From Malacoraja senta (taxonomy: Eukaryota), in the NCBI GenBank assembly GCA_038087875.1, contig JAXLNO010005841.1, forward strand, positions 3,782,001 to 3,846,000: DNA of 64,000 nt, given 5' to 3'. The notes under the pieces were generated by a model that worked only from the letters and a program-made list of their open reading frames with translations, did not search any database and was not told the DNA's origin. The position numbers and the translations under genes are program-made. The stretch's first letter is position 1; every line of letters starts with the position of its first letter. Of the stretch, positions 20,453 to 32,113 are shown piece after piece.

Positions 20453-21935
20453 CATAGATACATAGAAAATAGGTGCAGGAGTAGACCATTCGGCACTTCG
20501 AGCCTGCACCGCCATTCAATATGATCATGGCTGATCATCCAACTCAGTATCCCGTACCTGCCTTCTCTCCATACCCCCTGATCCCTTTAGCCACAGCGGC
20601 CACATCTAACTCCCTCTTAAATATAGCCAATGAACTGGCCTCCACTACCCTCTGTGGCAGCGAGTTCCAGAGATTCACCACTCTCTGTGTGAAAACGTTT
20701 TTTCTCATCTCGGTCTTAAAGGATTTCCCCCTTATCCTTAAGCTGTGACCCCTTGTCCTGGACTTCCCCAACATCGGGAACAATCTTCCTGCATCTAGCC
20801 TGTCCAACCGCATAATAATTTTGTACGTTTCTATAAGATCCCCTCTCAATCTCCTAAATTCTAACGAGTATAAGCCACGTCTATCCAGTCTTTCTTCATA
20901 TGAAATTCCTGACATCCTAGGAATCAGTCTGGTGAACCTTCTCTGCACTCCCTCTATGGCTATAATGTCCTTCCTCAGATTTGGAGACCAAAACTGTACG
21001 CAATACTCCAGGTGTGCTCTCACCAAGACCCTGTACAACTGCAGTAGAACCTCCCTGCTCCTATACTCAAATCATTTTGCTATGAAAGCTAACATACCAT
21101 TCGCTTTCTTCACTGCCTGCTTCACCTGCATGCCTACTTTCAATGACTGGTGTACCATGACACCCAGGTCTCGCTTCATCTCCCCTTTTCCTAATCGGCC
21201 ATCATTTAGATAATAGTCTGCTTTCCTGTTTTTGCCACCAAAGTGGATAATCTCACATTTATCCACATTATACTGCATCTGCCAAACATTTGCCCACTCA
21301 CCCAGCCTATCCAAGTCACATTGCAGTCTTCTAGCATCCTCCTCACAGCTAACACTGCCCCCCAGCTTAGTGTCATCCGCAAACTTGGAGATGTTGCCTT
21401 CAATTCCCTCATCCAGTTCATTAATATAAATTGTAAATAGCTGGGGTCCCAGCACTGAGCCTTGCGGTACCCCACTAGTCACTGCCTGCCATTGTGAAAA
21501 GGACCCGTTTACTCCTACTCTTTGCTTCCTGTTTGCCAGCCAGTTCTCTATCCACATCAATACTGAACCCCCAATAGCGTGTGCTTTAAGTGTGTATACT
21601 AATCTCTTATGTGGGACCTTGTCGAAAGCCTTCTGAAAGTCCAGATACAACACATCCACTGGTTGTCCCCTATCCACTCTACTAGTTACATCCTCAAAAA
21701 ATTCTATAAGATTCGTCAGACATGATTTACCTTTCGTAAATCCATGCTGACTTTGTCCAATGATGTCACCACTTTCCAAATGTGCTGCTATCCCATCTTT
21801 AATAACTGACTCTAGCAGTTTCCCCACTACCGATGTTAGACTAACTGGTCTGTAATTCCCCGTTTGCTCTCTCCCTCCCTTCTTAAAAAGTGGGGTTACG
21901 TTTGCTACCCTCCAATCATCAGGATCTACTCCTGG
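20453..21935 (-). mobile_element. CR1-type LINE, RT domain to 3' tail (5'-truncated)
   Basis: Open RT frame DWRVANVTPLFKKG...NYRPVSLTSVVGK...QHGF...[13 protein letters not shown]...[11 protein letters not shown]...FADDTK; (TATG)-type tail. Confidence 0.96.
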
Positions 21936-23124
21936 GGGGTTTGATTGTGTGTGTTTGTGTTCGTGTGTACGTGTGTATGTGTGTGTGTGTTCAATGATCA
22001 GATGATTCAATTATACTTTATTGTTCACAAGTGCCTAGGTACAGCGAAATGCTTTGCCTACAATACCCGGTAAAAACATACAGCAGACCTCACCTCGGCA
22101 GTCCACAAATATCGCCACGTTTCTGGCGCTGACGAAGTAACAGAAATGTATCTTCTGCTTGCCGCGGCACGTGGTAGCAGGCTGAGTCCCTTCACCCACA
22201 CCCTTCCCCGCCGGGTTCCCCCCTTCAATCTCGGCGCAGCCCCCACCTCTTCGGTCTCGGCGGCANNNNNNNNNNNNNNNNNNNNNNNNNNNNNNNNNNN
22301 NNNNNNNNNNNNNNNNNNNNNNNNNNNNNNNNNNNNNNNNNNNNNNNNNNNNNNNNNNNNNNNNNNNNNNNNNNNNNNNNNNNNNNNNNNNNNNNNNNNN
22401 NNNNNNNNNNNNNNNNNNNNNNNNNNNNNNNNGCCTATAAGTGTGTGTGTTTGTTTGTGGGTGTGTGCTTGTAAGTGTGCGTGTGTGTTTCGAGGTAAAT
22501 GTTTGTGTATGTGTGTGTGTTGGTGCAAGTCTGTATGTATGCTCTGCATTCTTGCCTCCTTGCCAAAATAAAATGTCCACTTGATTTCTCTGAAATCCAT
22601 TGTGAAATGTAAACTTTTCGCTCCCATTTTTTGTGAAGTTATAGTAACCTCCGAATGTCAATCTACAAGTACGTTTCATTGTAAAGTCTGCTTTCGACTT
22701 TGTTTCTGGTACAAGTGTTGCAACGTGGCCTCACGCAGTTGTTGCAATACCGTTTTCCAGCCAAAATAATTTGGCTACAAATCCCGCAGCAGACATCAAA
22801 GGCAAAATCATCACTGCTGAATGTCCCAGGAGTCATGTGGACGGTGAAGTTCATGAAGGGAGGGGTAACTAAGGGTTCTGGCCCTGGGGGATTGAGCCAT
22901 TTAGTTGGGGAATGAGCGTGTTGACAGCCAATAACGCAATTAAAATAAAATAAAATAAAATTTCTTTTTGAGCCAAGATCATTGTTTTTTTTTGTCTGAT
23001 TCGTGTATTTTCCTGAACTCACAGACCCAGAACGATGGTTAAAATCGTCGAATTTTACATGACAAGAACAGACCATTCTGTCCCTCTGGTTCGTGCTGAA
23101 CAGGTTACCTAACTGAGCTTGAAG

Positions 23125-23340
23125 ATAGACACAAAGGCTGTAGTAACTGAGCGAGTAAGGCAGCATCTTTGGTGACGTTTCGTGTCGAGACTCTTCTTCA
23201 GGCTGAGAGTAAGGGGAAAGAGAAACGCGACTTATACAGTAGCAAGTGATATAGAGAGATAGAAAGCATATGAATGAAACATTTGCAAAATGTAACGAAG
23301 ATCAAGGAAAGGTGAAGCCCACTGTGGTCCATTGATATTA
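23125..23340 (-). mobile_element. Older Penelope-derived terminal repeat with hammerhead-like core (duplicate at ~38270-38485)
   Basis: The minus strand reads CCTGAAGAAGAGTCTCGACACGAAACGTCACC; stem II is mismatched. Confidence 0.65.
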
Positions 23341-23666
23341 TCTGAAGAAAGTGCAGATTCCAATAGAATCCTTGACTCATACATCTTGTCCAAACTTAAA
23401 AAGAGAGTGGCGGCATCTCGAACGCGCTGCCAATGGCAGTAGTGGAAGCAGATCGATAGTGGTATTAGGCACTCGGACATGCAGGATATGGAAGATTGTG
23501 CCTCGTGTAACCGGGGTGAGATTATTTGAACTCAGCATCGCGTTCGGTACAAACATTATAGGTCAAAAAGCTTGTTCACGTGCAGTTCTATTTTCTATGC
23601 TCTTCTATTTCCCGATCTCAGAACCTTATCTTCCATGCATCTTTCCTCTTCATATAACTATGCGGT

Positions 23667-23905
23667 GGCACGGTGGCACGGTGGCACGGTGGCGCAGCGG
23701 TGGATTTGCTGCTTCACCCGGGTTCGATCCCGACTATACGGAATATGCACTTTCTCGAAGTGAACTGCGTGGATTTTCTCCGGGATCTCCTGCGATCTGT
23801 TGGTTTATCGATTATGTTATGAATATTTGTCGTTCGGATTTCTGTGGCGCAAAACCGCAAAGCGAGAATATATCTCTTAAGAATTAGTTTAGGTTAATTT
23901 ATAGA
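23667..23905 (+). mobile_element. tRNA-derived SINE, 5' (GGCACGGT)3 head (duplicate at ~38812-39050)
   Basis: GGTGGCGCAGCGGT A-box and GGGTTCGATCCCG B-box. Confidence 0.72.
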
Positions 23906-24232
23906 TACAGCGCGGAAACATGCCCTTCGGCCTGCGGAGTCCGCGCCGACCAACGATTCCTGCACACGAACATCATCCTACAGACACTAGATACAATTTA
24001 AAATGTTATCGATGCCACATAACCAACAAATCATTACGTCTTTGGAGTGTGGGAGGAAAGTGCTGCTCCAGCCGTAAACCCATGCAGGTTATGTGGAGAA
24101 CGTACAAACTCCGGACAGACAGTACCGGGAGGCAGGATGGAACCCAGGTCTCTGACACTCTAAAGCAGTAACTCTATACGCTGTTCCACCGTGACGCCTA
24201 TAGTAATATTATTTGATTTTTCTTTTTTCCAG

Positions 24233-24314
24233 ATCCCGATAACCGTAAACGGACGATATATTCAAGAAAACACAATGATCTGGCAATATTGCTTCCCTCT
24301 GTTACTTCTCCAAG
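24233..24314 (+). CDS. Siglec/CD22/MAG-like receptor, leader exon, copy 1 (ATG at 24275; MIWQYCFPLLLLQ-G)
   Basis: Polypyrimidine tract and CAG acceptor (24230-24232), 42 nt of 5' UTR, hydrophobic signal peptide, phase 1 GTAAAA donor. It joins the V exon to give MIWQYCFPLLLLQGVQPGEW. Confidence 0.8.
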
Positions 24315-25009
24315 GTAAAATCGGCAACGTTTCGCATGGATTGCTTACATCCCTGGCAAATTATAATAGTGATACGATGGGGCTAATGTCAACATGGACG
24401 CAGTGTGGTAACGCACACGAGACGTCCATCACCGTTGAGGCCACGGAGCCTATTAGTTCAACATCTCAATTGTTGGAATCATCGTCTCTCAACCATCCTT
24501 CGCCAACCGCAGTTGCACTGGACACGTTTTGTGTACAGAGAAGGGCGGGTGCCTGGAATGCACAGCTGGAGTAGTGGTGGAGGGAGATACGATTATTGCA
24601 ATTAAAATTATTTTGAATAGGTCCACAGATATGCAGCGAATGGTGTGATATGATTTATGAGTAGGCGGAGCAGATTGATGTGGCATCATGTTCGGCACAG
24701 GAATGGTGGCTCAGGGGACCAGTTCCTCTGGTGTACGGTTCTATGTTTGCAGTGATATGGATGAGAAATAAGAAATGCAAAGGAGCCCATCGTTGGGGCA
24801 GCGATCTCGGATATTTGCAGGGGAGAATGTTGTGGATAAATAAACAATCTTCTGGATTTCCCAGCGGATCAGGCAACCATTGTGCGGAGAAATGAACAAA
24901 CGACGTTCCGGGTCGAGGCCCTTCACGCGTCAGAATGAGTGGAAGGGAGATAAGAAGTATAAGATGTAGGCGAGATATGATTGATTGATTGATTGATTCA
25001 TAGATTCAT

Positions 25010-26172
25010 TGTTGATGAGGGAGGAGTTGGCCAAAGTTGACTGGAAAGATACTGTAGCAGGGATGACAGTGGAACAACAATGGAGGTATTTCTAGGAATA
25101 ATACAGGTGCAGGATCAGTTCATTCCAAAGAGGAAGAAAGATTCCAAGGGGAGTAAGGGGCGACCGTGGCTGACAAGGGAGGTCAGGGACAGTACAAATA
25201 TATAAGAGAAGAAGTACAATGTAGCAAAGATGAGCGGGAAGCAAGAGGATTGGGTAATGTTTTAAGATCAACAGAAGATAACTGAAAAGACAATACGGGG
25301 AGAAAAGATGAGGTACGTAGGTAAGCTAGCCAAGAATATAAAGGAGGATAGTAAAAGCTTCTTTAGGTATGTGAAAAGGAAAAACATAGTTAAGACCAAA
25401 GTTGGACGATTGAAGACTGAAAAGGGTGAATTTATTATGGGGCATAAGGAAATGGCAGATTAGTCGAACAGGTACTTTGGATCCCTCTTCACTAAGGAGG
25501 ACACAAACAATCTTCCTGAAGTACTAGTGTCCAGAGGATCGGGGGTGATAGAGGATCTGAAGGACATCCACATTAGGCTGGAAATGGTGTTGAGTGGACT
25601 GATGGGACTGAAGGCTGATAAATCCCCAGGGCCTCATGGTCTGCATCCCAGGGTACTTAAGGATGTGACTCTATAAATCGTGGATGCATTGGTGATAAAT
25701 TTCCAATGTTCTAAAGATTCAGGATCCGTTCCTGTGGATTGGATGGTAGATAATGTTATCCCACTTTTTAAGAAAGGCGGGAAAGAGAAAACAGGGAATT
25801 ATAGACCAGTTCGCCTGACATCGGTGGTGGGGAAGATGCTGCAGTCAATTATTAAAGATGAAATAGCGGCACATTTGGATAGCAGGCTCGGTATGAGTCA
25901 GCATGGATTTACGAATGGGAAATCATGCTTGACTAATCTTCTGGAATTTTTTGAGGATGTGACTAGGGAAATGGACAAGGGAGAGCCAGTGGATGAGGTG
26001 TACCTGGACTTTCAGAAAGCATTTGATACGGTCCTATATAGGGGATTAGTGAGCAGAATTAGGGCACATTTTATTGGGGGTAGAGTGCTGACATGCATAG
26101 ACAATTGGTTGGCTGTCAGGAAACAAAGTATAGGGATTATCGGGTCTCTGCTTTGTAGGCAGTGACTAGTGT
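25010..26172 (+). mobile_element. CR1-type LINE internal fragment (linker to mid-RT), 3'-truncated (duplicate at ~40155-41290)
   Basis: ...LKADKSPGP.GLHPRVLK...DWMVDNVIPLFKKG...NYRPVRLTSVVGK...YLDFQKAFD; stops and frameshifts. Confidence 0.92.
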
Positions 26173-27950
26173 GGTACTACTCCAGAATCTAAGGAGTTTT
26201 GAAAAATTATCAAATGCATCCACTATTTCTGGGGCTACTTCCGTAAGTACTCTGGGATGCAGCCTATCTGGCCCTGGGGATTTATCGGACTTTAATCCAT
26301 TCAATTTACCTAACACCACTTCCCGGCTAACCTGGATTTCACTCAGTTCCTCTATCTCATTTGGCCCGCGATCCCCTGCTATTTCTGGCAGATTATTTAT
26401 GTCTTCCTTAGTGAAGACAGACCCAAAGCAGTTCTTAAATTGGTCTGCCATGTCCTTGTTCCCCATGATCAATTCACCTGTTTCTGACTGCAAGCGATCT
26501 ACATTTGTTTTAACTAATCCTTTTCTCTTCACATATCTATAAAAACCTTTGCAGTCAATTTTTATGTTCCCTGCCAGTTTTCTTTCATAATCCATTTTCC
26601 CTTTCCTAATTAAGCCCTTTGTCCTCCTCTGCTGGACTCTGAATTTCTCCCAGTCCTCTGGTAGGCTGCTTTTTCGGGCTAATTTGTACGCTTCATCTTT
26701 TGTTTTGATACCATCCCTGATTTCCCTTGTTATCCACGGATGCACTACCTTCCCTGATTTATTATTTTGTCAAACTGGGATGAACAATTGTTGTAGTTCA
26801 TCCATGCAATCTTTAAATGCCTTCCATTGCATATCCACCGTCAACCCTCTAAGAATCAATTGCAGGTCTATCTTGGCCAATTCACGTCTCATACCCTCAA
26901 AGTTACCTTTGTTTAAGTTCAGAACCCTTGTTTCAGAATTAGCAATGTCACTCTCCATCCTAATTAAGAACTCAACAATATTATGGTCACTCTTGCCCAA
27001 GGAGCCACGCACAACAAGACTGCTAACTAACCCTTCCTCATTTCACAATACCCAGTCTAGAATAGCCTGCTCTCTCGTTGGTTCCTCTGCATGTTGGTAT
27101 TGAAAACTATCCCGCATACATTCCAAGAAATCCTCTTCCTCAGCACCCCTGCCAATTTGATTCACCCTATCTATATGTAGATTGAAGTCACCCATTATAA
27201 CTGTTTTACCTTTGTTGCACGCATTTCTAATTTCCTGTTTGATGACATCCCCAACTCCTGTTAGGTGGCCTGTACACAACACCCACTAGCGTTTTCTGCC
27301 CCTTAGTGTTTCGTAGCTCTACCAATATCGATTCCACATCCCCCAAGCTAATGTCCTTCCTTTCCATTGCGTTAATCTCCTCTCTAACCAGCAACGCTAC
27401 CCCACCTCCTTTTCCTTTCTGTCTATCCCTCCTGCATATTGAATATCCCTGGATGTTCAGCTCCCAGCCTTGGTCACCCTGGAGCCACGTCTCCGTGATC
27501 CCAACTATATCATACTCATTAATAGCTATCTGCACATTCAACTCGTCCACCTTATTACGAATGCTCCTTGTATTGAGACACAAAGCCTCCAGGCTTGTTT
27601 TTACAACGCTCTTACCCCTTATACAATTATGTTGAAAAGTAGCCCTTTTTGATTTTTGCCCTGGATTTGTCTGCCTGCACTTTTACTTTTCACCTTGCTA
27701 CCTATTGCTTCTACCCTCATTTTACACCCCTCTGTTTCTCTGCTCACACATTTACGAAACCCACCAACTCTTATTCTCTGTTTATTATTTTGTTCTTCTT
27801 TCACCCCTACATGTTGGGTCTGAGTGCTTCCCTTCTCTGCCTCGTGCCTCACACACTGTCTACTAGCTTTCTCTATTTGAGTCCCTCCCCCCAACCGTTC
27901 TAGTTGAAAGTCTCCCCAGTAGCCTTTGCAAATCTCCCCACCAGAATAAT
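26173..27950 (-). mobile_element. CR1-type LINE, APE endonuclease and linker part, 3'-truncated (duplicate at ~41290-43063)
   Basis: CLNTRSIRNKVDEL...DIVGITETWL...RRDRQKGKGGGVALLV...GVVYRPPN; IMGDFN; LGKSDHN; PWITREIRDGIKTK...KSPGPDRLHPRVL. Confidence 0.93.
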
Positions 27951-28456
27951 AGTTTATGCGACGTTGTATAGTCCCTGCGTAGCCTACTTCCTCTGTCGTT
28001 TCGGACACCCACCACGCCAAAGAAGTATTGGTTAATTGCCTTCTGTAAAATTGGAAATTGTCCCTACTGTGTAGGATACTGTTAGTGTGCGGGAATCGTC
28101 TCTATTCGGAGCGGATAGAGACGGCCTAAGGGCCTGTTTCCGCTCTGTATCTAAACTAAACTAAACTAAACTAAACATTTTTGGGGGAAAAGGCACCCCT
28201 AGGATTCATATTAAATGTTCCCCCTTCACCTTCAACCTATGAAAGTAGAAATGTGATTTACTGATTTTTTTTTAAATTAAGCCATGTTGTAGCTATGTAA
28301 TTGTATAAAATGTGCAGCAGGTCAGAATTTTATTTTTTCTGTTGGCGGTAGCAATGACTTACCTGGAATCATTCCAGTAGATTGCCTTTTGCTGTTTTAG
28401 TGGTTCCTGCCGCACCATTTAACACTGTCGTCAACTTATCTGCTCCACCATTGCAG

Positions 28457-28813
28457 GCGTCCAGCCGGGAGAGTGGACCATGCGGGCTCTGTCCCATCGT
28501 GCCATCAGGAAGTCTTGCGTGGTGATACCCTGCACGTTCGACTTCCCTTCGCGTCCTTACACCGCCGTCCACGGAGCGTGGTTCAAGTACTGGGACCACT
28601 GGAAGTACACGGTGTCTTACTCTAGAGATCCCAACTACGTGATGGCCGGATTCAAGGGGCGGGCTGAAATCGTTGGTAACCTGGGAGAGAAAGACTGCTC
28701 GCTGAGGATCAATCACCTCAGATCCGAAGACTCTGATGTGTACTACTTCTACGTGGAACTGGACGGCTTTGATTCTTACTGCTACAAACCCCCCGTCCAA
28801 CTGCACGTTCTGG
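28457..28813 (+). CDS. Siglec/CD22/MAG-like V-set Ig exon, copy 1
   Basis: TTGCAG...GTGAG, 357 nt, phase 1-1. VQPGEW...KSCVVIPCTFDFP...GAWFK...FKGRAEIVGNLGEKDCSLRINHLRSEDSDVYYFYVE: Siglec-type B-strand CxxIPC and E-strand DCSL cysteines. Confidence 0.92.
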
Positions 28814-29384
28814 GTGAGGCCCCTTCAAAGTTTGCGTCCGCTGTGCGCACCTACTTCAGAGTTGGTTTCGCTCGTTTTTGAAATTTCCTTTCTCAGTCCT
28901 TTCTCAGTCCCGCGCTTTATGAACGAGCGCAGGAGGTTTGCAGCCTTGGGGAATTGCACAGCAATGTGAATACGTATTGGGACAGCGATAGTACAGAGGG
29001 CGAAATGTTCAATGAGAGAGAGGTGCCAGTAACGGCTTGGCGTCCAACAAGCGTGGTTCTAGCGAGTGGTAGAGTTGATGCGTCACAGCGCCAAAGACGT
29101 GCGGTTCCATGTTGTCTACGGGTGTTTTCTACGTGATCTTTGCACGTTCTCTCTGGGAACACGTGGGATTTCTCGGGGTGCTACGGTTTTCTGCCGCACT
29201 CCTCAGACGTACATATTTGCAGGTTAATTGGCCGAATGGCAGGGAGGTAAAAAAAACGTTGAAAGCCCCCTGGTGAAATCCATCGGTGGAACTGCAGTGA
29301 TTCCTAGGACCTTACACTGTGGAATGTTGGAGCCATGGCGATTTGTCCTCGGCGACACTCTTAATAAATGGGATTAGTACACAT

Positions 29385-29548
29385 AGAGAATAGGTAGATA
29401 GATAGATCCATGGATAGGTGCGTGGGTAGATGTTTCGGTAGCTGGATAGATAGACGGATGGGGATGGATGGGTGGAGTGGTGGGGGACATATGGGTGGAC
29501 GGATGGTGGTCAGGTGGTGGACAGATGGGTGGATAATGGATGGACAGG
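29385..29548 (+). repeat. (GATA/GATG/GGTG)n simple repeat (duplicate at ~44498-44660)
   Basis: Directly visible. Confidence 0.85.
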
Positions 29549-29893
29549 TGAATTTTTAAATGATATTATAATCATAGTATGCCATACTCTCTTGGGCAGA
29601 TTAGTGGCTATAGATGGTGGATTCCAGAGCAATAGCTGGAGTGACTGCGAGCAACATCAATGGAGTCAAAATGATGGTGGACAATTTGGGTTGAGATTGT
29701 GCCTTCCATACCATCTCTTTCCCTCCACAAATGCTGCTCAGCATGTTGTGTTCCTTGATCAGTGTGTTCTTGGCTCCATCCAAGGCAGTGCGTTCTGGAC
29801 TAACAACAGTTTGAGTCTAAAATATAACTCGCATCACCACCCCCTCCCACTTCAGACCTACACGTTGTTTCACTAAATCTTTCCAATCTCCAG

Positions 29894-30184
29894 ATGTACC
29901 TGATCAACCCGAGATTTTAATCCCGGGAACTCTCACAGAAGGGACCCCGGTGAACATCATCTGCAAAGCCCTCTACACCTGTCCCGATCAACGCCCATCA
30001 CTCACCTGGAGTGAGCTGCCAGATTCCACCATCATTGTGCTTGTGGATAAAAGGAGGGGTGAAATTTCCACTGTCTTGAATTTAACTCCTTCCGTCGCTC
30101 ATCACGGTCAAACGGTTCGCTGTACGGTTGACTACTTTGATACGAGTCACAGACTGGAAAACTCCGTTACCCTGAATGTAACAT
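29894..30184 (+). CDS. Siglec-like first C2-set Ig exon, copy 1
   Basis: CTCCAG...GTAAGT, 291 nt, phase 1-1. VPDQPEI...LTEGTPVNIICKALYTCPDQRPSLTW...HHGQTVRCTV...VTLNVT has the extra TCP cysteine typical of Siglec domain 2. Confidence 0.92.
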
Positions 30185-30989
30185 GTAAGTATTTTTTTAA
30201 TAAATTATTATAGTCAAAGAGTCACCGATCCGTGCAGCAGAGAAACGGAACATTCCTTCCACCTTATCCATGGGATCTAGTTGGCTTTCTTTGGGCGTCG
30301 CGTCTACCTGCATTTGGGCCCTATCCCTCGAAATACTTCCCATCCATATATCTGCAAAGCCGTCTTTGGAAAGTTATAATTGTCGTTCATAGCTTCCCCA
30401 GGCAAAGAGTTTCAGATACGGATTACAATCTGCGATCCTCCATTTTAGAATCTTCTTCCAGAGGTTCAATTTATGCGTGCTCTTGTAGACGAAAAATAAA
30501 ATCACCCGTTAGCCTCCTGCGTTCTGAACACAAAATGGCCAAGTATGCCCAGTCTACCTCCATAATCCAACCCTTTACACGCAATTGACATCCCGAGTGA
30601 ATCCTTTCTGCATATATTTTTTCATCGTAATTATATCCTTCCATTTTTGGGCGAAAACTCTCGCTGGGGCACATGAGCGCCATGATGAACATTTATACCA
30701 AGAGGATTGGAATAAAATAAGAGATAGGTAACGCTGAGGCTCTAAAAGGCGGTGTTCAGGCCCCCTTTGGAGTACTGAGAGAACATTTGAGCCCATTATC
30801 TAAAAAGGGCTGGCTCTAGAGGGTACAGAGGAGGTTTACAAGAATGATTCCTGGAATAGGTGGGTTAGCATGTGATGAGCGTTTGACAGCACTGGGCCTC
30901 TACACGCTGGCGTTTAGAAGGTTGAGGGGGGGGTCCTCATTGGAACTTACAGAATAATGGAAGACATGTACAGTGTACAGGATGTATTC

Positions 30990-32113
30990 TGTCTCACGGT
31001 GTGTCTCTGTCTCACGGTGTTGCGGTCATCGGCGGTGAAGCGCGGTGAAGCGCGGCTTCGCCCGTTGAGGGGACCGCACGGCAACGGCGAGAGCGCCGAG
31101 TCTATGCTGCGGGAGCGCCGCACGGATGCTGCGCGGGGGCCGAGTGATTTAAGTACGGCTGGTCCCACGAGCTTGCGGTAAGTTAAAAAAAAAAGGGCGG
31201 GCCGACTGCGGTCACGTCATTTCGGATCTGAGGGGCTGTGGCGGCGGCCGTGCTGATCGCGGCGCTGTGGCGGCGGCTGTGGCGGCGGCTGTAGCGGCGG
31301 CCGTGCTGATCGTGGCGCTGTGGCGGCGGCCGTGCATCACTGGCGGAGGCTGTGCAGTAGGAACATATTTTTGAACAGTGTTGGATTTACTTTAGCACCG
31401 TGCGGTGTTGGGTACAAGGCCGCACGGCCCCGGAATTGTGCGTTTGACCGAGCCCGCGGTCTATGGCGGCCCAGGAGTGGTAGATTCTTCCTGTTTCGCC
31501 GCCAATGACCGCAGACTCGTGCGACAGGCCTTTAAAGGCTCTGTCTCACGGTGTTGCGGTCATCGGTGGTGAAGCGCGGCTTCGGCGGTAGAGGGAACGC
31601 ACGGCAATGGCGAGAGCGCCGAGCCTATGCCACGGGAGCGCCGCACGGATGCTGCGCGGGGGCCGAGTGATTTAAGTACGGCTGGTCCCACGAGCTTGCC
31701 GTAAGTTAAAAAAAAGGGCGGGCCGACTGCGATGACGTCATTTCGGATCTGAGGGGCTGTGGCGGCGGCAGTGCTGATCGCGGCGCTGTGGCGGCGGCTG
31801 TGGCGGCGGCCGTGCTGATCGCGGCGCTGTGGCGGAGGCTGTGGCGGTGAAGGTTCTACTCACGGCGCTCGTGCCACACTGGCGGCGGCTGTGGCGGCGA
31901 CCGTGCCGCACTCGTGCATCACTGGCGGCGGCTGTGCGGTAGGAACATATTTTTGAACAGTGTTGGTTTTATTTTAGCACCGTGCAGTGTTGGGAACAAC
32001 GCCGCACGGCCCCGCAATTTTGCGTTTGACCGAGCCCGCGGTCTCTGGCGGCCCAGGAGCGGTAGATAGTTCCTGTTTCGCCGCCAATGACCGCAGACTC
32101 GTGCGACAGGCCT
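30990..32113. mobile_element. Two head-to-tail GC-rich MITE-like units separated by TTAA (5'-damaged unit ending 31531; complete unit 31536-32113); duplicate at ~46102-47330
   Basis: CCT|TTAA|AGG junction at 31529-31538 and CCT|TTAA at 32111-32117; ~35-bp imperfect terminal inverted repeats; internal (GCGGCGGCTGTG)n; inserted within a CR1 3' end. Confidence 0.75.

Noticed and set aside
21072-22010. Intact autonomous CR1
   Set aside because: The RT frame is open, but the copy is 5'-truncated at ~21935 with no endonuclease or ORF1, and the frame shifts near 21070.
28318-28380. Signal-peptide exon just upstream of the V exon (VRILFFLLAVAM)
   Set aside because: No in-frame ATG and no plus-strand GT donor; a much better leader exon exists at 24233-24314.
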